DNA of 64,000 nt, from assembly GCA_040755995.1 (NCBI GenBank), contig JBFMAF010000004.1, positions 32,001 through 96,000 on the forward strand, in the 5' to 3' direction. Shown in pieces: positions 1 to 8,433 of the stretch. The stretch comes from Acidobacteriota bacterium. Its GTDB lineage: Bacteria > Acidobacteriota > CAIWXX01. The translations under genes were made by a program, and so were the position numbers. Under the pieces are notes generated by a model. That model did no database searches, had not been told where the DNA came from, and saw only the letters and a list, made by a program, of their open reading frames with translations. The stretch's first letter is position 1. Each line of letters opens with the position of its first letter.

Positions 1-3000
1 CTCGGCGTAGCTCGTGACCTCGATCTCGCGGGCTCGATCGCTGTTGTTGGTCACGGCCAGCCGGCGCACCTCGACGTCATGCTCGTTCGAGACCGCAATG
101 TCGAGCTGCGTCACGATGTCGTCGTCGCGGCGCCGGAAGGTGGCTTTCTCCGGCAGGAAGGTGACCACGTAATCCTCGGCCTCTTTCCCTACAGGGTGGT
201 AGGCGGCTGACCACACCGACCCGCTCCGCACGTCACGCAGATAGATGAACTGGCTTCCCGGGTCGCGCGTAGCATCCTGCCGGTATCGCGTCACGCCGCG
301 GCCCCGGCAGAAGCTGGCGCCTCCTCCCGCGTTCGTCACGACGGCGGTGTAGTTGCCGTTGGACAGGAACTGCGCGTGCGGGAAGAGCGTGTGCGGCGAC
401 CGTAAGCGGCGAACCGCCGCGGCGGGAACGAGCGCCGGCACACGCGTCTCCTCGACGGGCCGCGGCTGAATGATGGGCGCCAGGCGCGGCACGCGCTCCT
501 GCAGCAGCAGCTCCGTCGCCTGCACACGCGGGTCGGCATGGAAGCGCTCCACCATCGGGTGGCCGAGAAGGGCGTTGGTGAGTGAGACGAGGCTCATACC
601 CTGGTGATGGGCCAGGAAGGTCCGCAGGACGACTCCCGGCGAAGGGCCCGTATCACTCGCAGCGCGCTCGATCTCCTCGGCCTTCCCGTGCGTGTAATCG
701 ACGGCTTCGTAGTAGCCATAAGCACCATCGAGCCCTTCACGGGACATGCGCCGCATGTTCCGGGAGGCCTGCCAGGGATCGATCATCGCACCGAGCGCGG
801 TGGCGTACGGAGCCACCACGAGCTCGTCGCCCAGGCCCCGTTTCAGGCCGAGGCCTGGAACGCCGAATGCTTTGTACTGGTAGTTGTCGTGCCGGTCCAC
901 GAGGTTGTAGGCGGACTCCGAGATCCCCCAGGGCACCCCACGCTCGGTCGCGTACTGCATCTGCCTGCGCACGGCCATGCGGCACGACTGGTCGAGCAGC
1001 GTTTTTGGATAACTCTTCATCATGAGGAGCGGCATCAGGTACTCGAACATGGTTGCACCCCACGACAGAAGCGTGGGGGTCCCGTCGACACTGGTGACGA
1101 GCCGCCCCAGGTGGAACCAGTGCGTCTCGGGAAGATCGCCCTTGGCGATGGCGATGAAGCTAGCTAGCCGCGATTCGGAGGCCAGGAGGTCATAGTACGA
1201 AGGATCGAGACGGCCCGGTCCCTCTGCGTCCGCGAGACGATAGCCGATCGAGAGTATCCGGCGCTGCGGGCTGTAAAGGAAGCGGAAGCTCATTCCGTCC
1301 GCGAACAGGGCGGCGCGCCTCGACAGGCTCTCGATGCGCGCGGAGAGCTCGGATTGCGGCTCGCGGCTCAGTCGGCGCAGCCCTTCGGCGAGAGTTATCA
1401 GCGCGCCTGCGAGATTGCCACTGTCGACTGTCGAGACGTACCGCGGCGGAAGCGGAGCCAGGCTCAGCGTGTCGTACCAGTTGAGCAGGTGGCCTTCGTA
1501 GCGTTCCAGGCCTTCCATGGTGAGCAGCGTGGCATCGATCCTCTCGACCAGCTCCTCCGTTGGGATGAAGCCGAGGTCGTGCGCCGCAAGGGTCGCGAGC
1601 AGCCCCATGCCGATGTTCGTGGGGGATGTCCGGTGGGCCACTCGTGGATCGGGTGTCTCCTGGAAGTTGTCCGCGGGCAAGCCGTGGTCCTCGGGGCCCA
1701 TGAACGTCTCGAAATATCGCCATGTCTTACGGGCGACGAGAAGGAGAAACTCGCGGTCCTCTGCATTGAGAGGGGCGCTTCGCTGAGTTGTCGGCTGGCT
1801 CAACCAGTAGGCCATGAGCGGTGCCGCAGCCCAGATGGCCAGCACGGGGACGGCCTCGATGAGCGCGCCTGGGCGTTGCACGGCAACCAGGAGGAGGCCG
1901 GCGAGCGCGATCGAAGGGCTCGCGATCATCTCAACAAGGAATGACTTAGCACCGGTCCGCCTCGCCACGCCGGAACCCCTGGCCGCACTGGCCGCGGCCG
2001 TCTCCCACTCGAGCAGGCCGCGCTGGGTGAACGCGAGGCGCACGAGCGTGACGACGATCGCGTGCACCATCTCATAGGCCTGGTTGGCGACGAACGTGAG
2101 CTGCAGGAGTGTGCGAGCGAGGGCGGTCTTGGCGTCCTCCGACATCGCTCGAACAAACACGCGCCACCCCTGTTGCGGCTCGGGGCCGGCGATAGCTTCG
2201 AGAAGCAGCGGATAGAGCGGAAATGCGAGGGCGGCCAGGACGGCAGCCGTCCACACTGCCGGGCTTCCCGGCAGGAGCGTCCAGGCCAGCAGAAGCAGAG
2301 CGACGGTTGCGGGGGCAGCGAGGCTGCGGCGCAGGTTGTCGAATATCTTCCAGCGCGAGATGAGAGGCAGGCGGTTGCGCTGCCACCCCGTGCGTGTGGG
2401 GACGAAGGGAAACAGCCACAAGAGGATCTGCCAATCGCCCCTCACCCAGCGGTGCTGGCGCCGCGCATGGGCAAGGACGCTCGAAGGATAGTCGTCCACC
2501 AGCTCGACGTCCGTGACCAGCGCCGTGCGGGCATGGACGCCCTCGAAGAGGTCGTGCGACAGCAGGGCGTTTTCGGGCACGCGCCCCTCGAGGGCTGCCA
2601 TGAAGGCGTCCACATCGTAGAGCCCTTTGCCCGCGAAGATCCCCTCACCGAACAGGTCTTGGTATGTGTCCGACACGGCGGTCGTGTACGGGTCGACTCC
2701 GGTGTGGCCGGCGTAGATGCGAGCGAAGAGCGAGCCGGCGGCGCTCGACATCGTCACGCTGACCCGCGGCTGCAGGATCCCGTAGCCTTCGGTCACGCGG
2801 TCGCGGTCCGGGTCGAAGTGAGGGCGGTTCAAGGGGTGGGCGATAATCCCGATCAGCTTCTTCGCGGCGTCGCGCGGCAGGCGCGTGTCGGAGTCGAGGG
2901 TGATACAGTAGCGCACGCTGGAGAGGATCGCCGGGTCGCCGACCTGTATGTGGTAGCTCGTGTCCGTGGCCCCTCGCAAAAGGCGATTGAGCTCCTCGAT

Positions 3001-4758
3001 CTTCCCGCGCTTGCGCTCCCAGCCCATCCACACGCTCTCCATCGGGTTCCAGAGTCGCACGCGATGGAAGAGATAGAACCGGTCCGATCGCCCTTCGCCG
3101 AACCGGATATTCAAGGCCTCGATGCCCGCCCTGGCGGCGGAGAGGATCGCGTCGTCTTGCGGCATCTCGCGAGCGGGAGCGTCGGCAAAGTCGCCAAGGA
3201 TCGCGAAGTGGATGCGCGGGTCGAGGTTCCCGAGAGCCAGGACCTCGACGTGCTCGATCAGCTTGTTCACCTCGGCAACACTCGTCAGCAGGGTGGGCAC
3301 GACGACCATGGTTCGCGCGTTCTCGGGAATTCCCGCCTGGAAATCGATTCGTGGGAGGCGCCGCGGCGGCGCCAGACGAACGACCAGGCGCTGAACAAAG
3401 GCGATGGCCACCTCGCTCGCGGGCAGCAGCAGGAGCATCACCACCCCTGCTTGTGCCCAAACTGCTCCGCCGTGGTAGCGGACGTAGGCGAGTCCGAGGC
3501 CGAGCAGAAACGCAGTCACGAATGCGATCGATCCGAGGTATGCGCAAGTGGCATGAGCGAAGACCAAGCGGCGGGCCCGTTTGGTGAGGCGGGGACGATA
3601 GCCGAGGTCGGTCTCGAGGTCGCGACGGCCTTTGCCGATGAGATGCCAGCCGACGTGCGCGGCACGCTCGGCGGTCGAGCCGCTTTCTGCGGCCAGGCGT
3701 GCGCTCTCGACCGCCCGCAGGGCCACGCGCAATTGTGCCTCTCCGGTGGGCTCGGCGAGCTCCTCCACGGCCTGCCGGTAGCGGTCCCGGCTCAGAAAGT
3801 CCATGTTGCTGTACGCACCGGCCGGGTCGCGTTGCAGCACCCGCTCGACGGGGCTCACGTCTTCGAAGTACTGGCTCCAGTCGAGAGTTGAGCAGAGCCG
3901 GAGGCTGGTTATGACGTTGGCCACGGAGACCTGGGCTGCGGCCTGCCGCTGGTGCTCGCCTCGGATCGCGTCCTCCGAGGTCATGTTCTGGGCGGCCAGG
4001 TGCTCGTCCACGGCCAGGCGGACAGCGGAAAGGCGCGGGCCGTACTCGCGCATGAGCTGGAGCAGCTGGACGACGTAGGCTGTGTGGAGGACAGGCGGCA
4101 ACGGCCGCGGCGCCTTCCGCCCGCCATTGTCGATCTGAGCCACATAGGCGACTGCGGCGCGGCGAGCCTCGTGAGATTCGAGCATCTCCTCCGCCAGCCG
4201 CCGCAGGTTCTCGATGAGCGCGAGCTTCAGCATGCTCGGCCATGCCCACAGCTCGCCGATCGTCAGCGGCGCCACGGTCTGGTAGCTGTTCATGAAGCGC
4301 AAGAGCTGTTGCCGGTCCAGGCGGCTGTCGCTGTGGCGAATGAGCTCGACGGCCATGGCGTAGACACGGGCGTGGCCCGCCAGCTCGCGCAGGGCGAGCT
4401 TGGGCAGCTCACGGTAGTAGCCGCGCGGGAGATTCCGGCGGATATCCCGGATCTCCGATGCCACGAGGTGGAAGTTGTCGAGGAGCCACTCCGCCGCCGG
4501 CGGAACGAACTCCCCCCGGTGCACATCGTCGGCCATGGTGCGGTAGGCCTCGCGCAGGAGGCGAGCGTTGTCGTCGAATCGCGGGAAGACATTCCGCGCC
4601 ATGCGCCGCGGATTCGGGTGGACCGTGAATCGGGCCGCGAGGGCCTTGGCCCTCTCTTCCAGCCGCTCGATGCTCAGCAGCTCGTCGCGCAGGGGCGCCT
4701 CGGCCCTCGGCGGACGGCCTCCGAGCAGACTGAGCAGCGCCTTGAACGTCTCAACCAC
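1..4758 (-). CDS. cgs: Cyclic beta-1,2-glucan synthase (Cgs/NdvB, GT84 + glucoamylase-like + GH94), 5' ~1586 codons; runs off left edge
   Basis: Not in the ORF track because it has no stop in the window. Manual minus-strand reading from GTG 4758 (MVETFK...) gives WLLDNFH, GWERKRGK, ITLDSDTRLP, GEGIFAGKGLY and ends REIEVTSYAE at base 1 in the same frame. An alternative in-frame ATG lies at 4788. Confidence 0.92.
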   Translation of the reverse strand, partial: MVETFKALLSLLGGRPPRAEAPLRDELLSIERLEERAKALAARFTVHPNPRRMARNVFPRFDDNARLLREAYRTMADDVHRGEFVPPAAEWLLDNFHLVASEIRDIRRNLPRGYYRELPKLALRELAGHARVYAMAVELIRHSDSRLDRQQLLRFMNSYQTVAPLTIGELWAWPSMLKLALIENLRRLAEEMLESHEARRAAVAYVAQIDNGGRKAPRPLPPVLHTAYVVQLLQLMREYGPRLSAVRLAVDEHLAAQNMTSEDAIRGEHQRQAAAQVSVANVITSLRLCSTLDWSQYFEDVSPVERVLQRDPAGAYSNMDFLSRDRYRQAVEELAEPTGEAQLRVALRAVESARLAAESGSTAERAAHVGWHLIGKGRRDLETDLGYRPRLTKRARRLVFAHATCAYLGSIAFVTAFLLGLGLAYVRYHGGAVWAQAGVVMLLLLPASEVAIAFVQRLVVRLAPPRRLPRIDFQAGIPENARTMVVVPTLLTSVAEVNKLIEHVEVLALGNLDPRIHFAILGDFADAPAREMPQDDAILSAARAGIEALNIRFGEGRSDRFYLFHRVRLWNPMESVWMGWERKRGKIEELNRLLRGATDTSYHIQVGDPAILSSVRYCITLDSDTRLPRDAAKKLIGIIAHPLNRPHFDPDRDRVTEGYGILQPRVSVTMSSAAGSLFARIYAGHTGVDPYTTAVSDTYQDLFGEGIFAGKGLYDVDAFMAALEGRVPENALLSHDLFEGVHARTALVTDVELVDDYPSSVLAHARRQHRWVRGDWQILLWLFPFVPTRTGWQRNRLPLISRWKIFDNLRRSLAAPATVALLLLAWTLLPGSPAVWTAAVLAALAFPLYPLLLEAIAGPEPQQGWRVFVRAMSEDAKTALARTLLQLTFVANQAYEMVHAIVVTLVRLAFTQRGLLEWETAAASAARGSGVARRTGAKSFLVEMIASPSIALAGLLLVAVQRPGALIEAVPVLAIWAAAPLMAYWLSQPTTQRSAPLNAEDREFLLLVARKTWRYFETFMGPEDHGLPADNFQETPDPRVAHRTSPTNIGMGLLATLAAHDLGFIPTEELVERIDATLLTMEGLERYEGHLLNWYDTLSLAPLPPRYVSTVDSGNLAGALITLAEGLRRLSREPQSELSARIESLSRRAALFADGMSFRFLYSPQRRILSIGYRLADAEGPGRLDPSYYDLLASESRLASFIAIAKGDLPETHWFHLGRLVTSVDGTPTLLSWGATMFEYLMPLLMMKSYPKTLLDQSCRMAVRRQMQYATERGVPWGISESAYNLVDRHDNYQYKAFGVPGLGLKRGLGDELVVAPYATALGAMIDPWQASRNMRRMSREGLDGAYGYYEAVDYTHGKAEEIERAASDTGPSPGVVLRTFLAHHQGMSLVSLTNALLGHPMVERFHADPRVQATELLLQERVPRLAPIIQPRPVEETRVPALVPAAAVRRLRSPHTLFPHAQFLSNGNYTAVVTNAGGGASFCRGRGVTRYRQDATRDPGSQFIYLRDVRSGSVWSAAYHPVGKEAEDYVVTFLPEKATFRRRDDDIVTQLDIAVSNEHDVEVRRLAVTNNSDRAREIEVTSYAE

Positions 4759-4844
4759 GGCTGATCGCAGTGGCGATATCGACCTCATCCTCGCTCATCC
4801 AGTCCCCTCTCTTCACCGCATGCTGCCAAAGCGCGGCAGAGGTG

Positions 4845-5234
4845 TCAACTCCCCATTCGTCTGTCCCCGTTCGGCACAGCCACCGATTCCGTCTGCGACC
4901 TATGGGAACGGCCCCACGCCGGGTCATCACCGTGGCCGACGACTTCAAGGATGTGACGAGCGGGATCCGCAAGGGCCGCGAACCGATCGGATTTGAGTTT
5001 CGCCACTTTCGTGGGCACCGGCAAGTAGCTTGTGGCTCGGTCGAGGAGTCGGGTGTAGATCCGCCCTCCACCGTCAGCACCGTAGAGCTCGATCCACTCA
5101 GCCAGAGCCGCAGACGCCTCGATGTTGATGCGCGCCATCTCCCCGTCGCTGATGCGACCGACATTCTCCGAGGTCACCTCGGGCAAGGCGCGAATGCAGT
5201 CAGATGTCGTCGCGAGAATCCTGAAACACATCAA
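4845..5234 (-). pseudogene. Fragment of a hypothetical protein (GRISDGEMARINIEASAALAEWIEL...)
   Basis: ORF track 129 aa. Its second copies (23369-23531, 26167-26297) differ largely at third codon positions in this frame, which supports a coding origin. The 5' end overlaps the IS91-like remnant. Confidence 0.5.
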
Positions 5235-5574
5235 ATACCATTTCGAGGTCCTCCAGCTCCCCGCTCGCGCCCCCCCCGTCTCATTCCTCTCCCCGGAGCC
5301 CCAGCCGGACCTTTCTGATTCCTATTACCTGTAGCCCCACTCACAGGTTCTGCCGCGAGAGCTCTGCCCGGCTTTCGGAAACACTTGACACAAAGGCACC
5401 TCAGCCCTACCCTCTAGCCGTGTCTTCCCCCAATCGCCGCAAGTTCATAGCCAAACGCGCCCATCCTCCGTCCCCGGGGACGGAGGATGGGTCTCTCTGC
5501 CGTTATCTCCATGCCGGAGTTACTACTTCAGTAGTATTTCCGCTCTCCGGTCGGAAAAGCAAGTTCTTATGTTC
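5195..5574 (+). mobile_element. IS91/ISCR-like rolling-circle element remnant (transposase C-terminus plus oriIS-like end)
   Basis: Plus-strand peptide VVARILKHI...PARAPP resembles the C-terminal tail of IS91-family transposases. It is followed by hairpins (5460-5491, 5521-5536) and AAAAGCAAGTTCTTAT then GTTC, resembling the TTCCTAT ori end and GTTC target tetranucleotide. Confidence 0.55.
5460..5491. repeat. Perfect 32-bp palindrome
   Basis: CCCATCCTCCGTCCCC|GGGGACGGAGGATGGG with no spacer. Confidence 0.95.
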
Positions 5575-5703
5575 ATCCTAGTAGTTAGTTTGGGCAATGA
5601 GTCAGGTACCAGCATGACCATGTGGGGAACAAAGCTTCGTGATGCGAGAGTGTAGTTCACGGAACATCGCCGCGGAACGGCGTGCAGGCAGCGGGAGGGT
5701 GCG

Positions 5704-7734
5704 ATGACAAGACGACTGGGCGCGACGGCAGTGTTCTGCCTGGGACTGGCACTGGTGGTTGCTGCGGGGACTCCGGCTGCGGCCGATTTGCCACCGCTCA
5801 TTCCCAGAGACGTGCTCTTCGGGAATCCGGTGAAGGATGTGCCCTGCATCTCGCCGCACGGATCCCTGCTCGCCTATCTCGCCCCTTCAAAGGAAGGTGT
5901 GCTGAACGTCTGGATCAAGACCATCGGCCGGGATGACGACAGGATGGTGACGGAAGATCGAGGCAGCGGAGTTGTCATCTGTGGATGGGCTTTCGACAGC
6001 AGGCATATTCTCTTCATGCAGGATACGGAGGGGGATGAGGACTACCATCTCTTCTCCGTGGACATCGAGAGTACAAACATTCGCGACCTTACGCCGTTCA
6101 AGGGCGTGACGGCCGAGAACCTGATGATGGATTTGAACCACCCGAACGAAGTCATGATCGGGATGAATCTGCGCGACCGAGCGCTCTACGACATGTACCG
6201 TGTTGACCTGACGAGCGGTGCGGTGACGCTAGAGGCGACCAATCCCGGCGACGTGCTCGGATGGACCGCCGATGCCGGGTTCGTCATCCGGGCGGCGACC
6301 GCCTTCCGGCCTTCGGATCTGGCCACCGTGATCCGTGTCCGCGACACCAAGGACGGGCCATGGAGGGATCTCGTGGTGATGCCGTTCGAAGAGGCGCCGT
6401 TCCTGGGGCAGGTCAACGGAGGAAACCTGGTGAGCGGCTTCGCGCCCGATGGCAAGTCTCTATACCTCGCCACATTCGGCCGGACTGACACCATGCGGCT
6501 CGTCAGTGTGGACGTCGCGACCGGAGAGGAGATCGAGACGCTGGCCTATGACGGCCGCGGCGACCTCAAGCAGGTCTGGACCTCCGAGGGCAGCCTGCGC
6601 TACAGCGTGCTCATCCACCCCCGGACGCACAAGGTGCAGGCGGCCACGTTCGAGTACCTCAAGCCTGAGGTGAAGGTAATCGATCTTGACATCGGTCCGG
6701 ACTTCCAGTTCTTGGGTAACTCTCACCCAGGGTTCTTCTTCCTCGGGAGCCGCGACACCAGCGACCGCAGGTGGGTTGTGGGATACGAAGTGGACAACGG
6801 CCCGGTCTCTTACTACCTCTACGATCGAGGACGCCGGAGCCTGGAACTCCTTTTCGATGATCAGCCCGCGCTCAAGGGCTATCGGATGCCCCATATGGAG
6901 CCGCTGGTCATCCGGGCCCGGGACGGAGTGGAGCTGGTGAGCTATCTGACGCTGCCACTGGGGGTACCTGCAGAGGGACTGCCGATGGTACTCGATCCGC
7001 ACGGCGGGCCCTGGTGGCGCTATTCGTGGGGGTACGATCCCCGGGTTCAGTGGCTGGCGAACCGTGGCTATGCGGTTCTGCAGGTGAACTTCCGGGGATC
7101 AACTGGATTCGGCAAGACGCACTTCAACGCGGGTACCGGGCAGTGGGGCGTGGGCGGCATGCAGAACGATCTGACCGATGCCGTCAAGTGGGCGATCGGC
7201 AAGGGCATCGCAGACCCCAAACGAGTTGCGATCATGGGGGCCTCGTACGGCGGCTATGCGACACTGGCCGGTCTGGCGTTCACACCGGACCTCTACGCCT
7301 GCGGAGTGGAGTCGGTGGGCATGTCGAATGTCGCCACAGACCTCGAGTCGATCCCTGCCTATTGGGGACCCGTAAAGAAGCGCTGGTTCCGCCGCATCGG
7401 CTTTGTGGAGGGCGACGACGAGCTCAACGACGAGCTCAATCGTCGGATCTCTCCGCTCTTCCATGTTGATCGGATCCGGGCACCGCTCCTGGTCGCCCAC
7501 GGCGCCAACGATGTCCGATGCAAGCTCAGTGAGTCGGAGCAGATCGTGAAGAGCATGCGCGAGCGCCATCTCCCGGTCAGCCTCGTGGTGTACCCCGACG
7601 AAGGGCATGTCTTCGCACGACCGGAAAACAAACAGGACTTCTACGGACGTGCCGAGGAGTTCCTGGCCAAGTACCTGGGAGGCAGGGCGGAGCCTTGGAA
7701 CGAGGTCAAGGGGACGTCGGCGCAGCTCAGGTGA
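5704..7734 (+). CDS. S9 family (prolyl oligopeptidase/acylaminoacyl) peptidase, secreted
   Basis: Signal peptide, beta-propeller region, PHGGPW, nucleophile GASYGG, D in GANDVRC, H in DEGH. RBS GGGAGGG upstream. Confidence 0.95.
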   Translation: MTRRLGATAVFCLGLALVVAAGTPAAADLPPLIPRDVLFGNPVKDVPCISPHGSLLAYLAPSKEGVLNVWIKTIGRDDDRMVTEDRGSGVVICGWAFDSRHILFMQDTEGDEDYHLFSVDIESTNIRDLTPFKGVTAENLMMDLNHPNEVMIGMNLRDRALYDMYRVDLTSGAVTLEATNPGDVLGWTADAGFVIRAATAFRPSDLATVIRVRDTKDGPWRDLVVMPFEEAPFLGQVNGGNLVSGFAPDGKSLYLATFGRTDTMRLVSVDVATGEEIETLAYDGRGDLKQVWTSEGSLRYSVLIHPRTHKVQAATFEYLKPEVKVIDLDIGPDFQFLGNSHPGFFFLGSRDTSDRRWVVGYEVDNGPVSYYLYDRGRRSLELLFDDQPALKGYRMPHMEPLVIRARDGVELVSYLTLPLGVPAEGLPMVLDPHGGPWWRYSWGYDPRVQWLANRGYAVLQVNFRGSTGFGKTHFNAGTGQWGVGGMQNDLTDAVKWAIGKGIADPKRVAIMGASYGGYATLAGLAFTPDLYACGVESVGMSNVATDLESIPAYWGPVKKRWFRRIGFVEGDDELNDELNRRISPLFHVDRIRAPLLVAHGANDVRCKLSESEQIVKSMRERHLPVSLVVYPDEGHVFARPENKQDFYGRAEEFLAKYLGGRAEPWNEVKGTSAQLR

Positions 7735-7786
7735 GTATGCTGCCCCGCGCACTCCGCTTGGCGGGCCTGATGCAGGCGAGCGGCTC

Positions 7787-8194
7787 GTGGCATGAGCGAA
7801 CACGAAGCGGCGGGCGCGTTTGGCGAGGCGGGGACGATAGCCGAGGTCGGTCTCGAGGTCGCGACGGCCTTTGCCGATGAGATGCCAGCCGACGTGCGCG
7901 GCACGCTCGGCGGTCGAGCCGCTTTCTGCGGCCAGGCGTGCGCTCTCGACCGCCCGCAGGGCCACGCGCAAATGCGCCTCTCCGGTGGGCTCGGCGAGCT
8001 CCTCCACGGCTTGCCGGTAGCGGTCCCGGCTCAGAAAGTCCATGTTACTGTACGCACCGGCCGGGTCGCGTTGCAGCACCCGCTCGACCGGGCTCACGTC
8101 TTCGAAGTACTGGCTCCAGTCGAGAGTGGAGCAGAGCCGGAGGCTGGTGATGACGTTCGCCACCGAGACCTGGGCTGCGGCCTGCCGCTGGTGC
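7787..8194 (-). pseudogene. Internal 408-bp fragment of cgs (third allele)
   Basis: Colinear with 3548-3955; about 13 mismatches by manual count, no start or stop of its own. Confidence 0.93.
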
Positions 8195-8238
8195 GTGAAT
8201 GCATGGTGCTATGACTATGAATATGAATGCATGGATCG

Positions 8239-8267
8239 TTGACAATCTACTCGCTGTAGCCTATGTT
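8239..8267 (+). promoter_or_regulatory. Sigma70-type promoter upstream of hsdM
   Basis: TTGACA-N17-TATGTT. Confidence 0.65.
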
Positions 8268-8433
8268 CTGACGGTGAGCCTCTGTCCTGTCGGCGAAGCG
8301 CCGACCGGCGTCCATCGCCCCCGGGAGGACAGAACGATGAGAGCATTTGATTATTCTCCGGCGGGCCGGCATTCTCTCCTCCGAAGGCGATAGTGGCAGC
8401 TTTGTGTGTCACACGGCGCACAGGAGCTCCTGA

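Noticed and set aside
336..4996. Long plus-strand ORFs (e.g. 2062..3891, 609 aa) and off-frame minus ORFs
   Set aside because: Antisense or alternate-frame shadows of cgs in high-GC DNA; no recognisable motifs.
7099..8163. 354-aa minus-strand ORF starting with Cgs sequence
   Set aside because: A chimeric read-through of the cgs fragment into the antisense of the peptidase gene.
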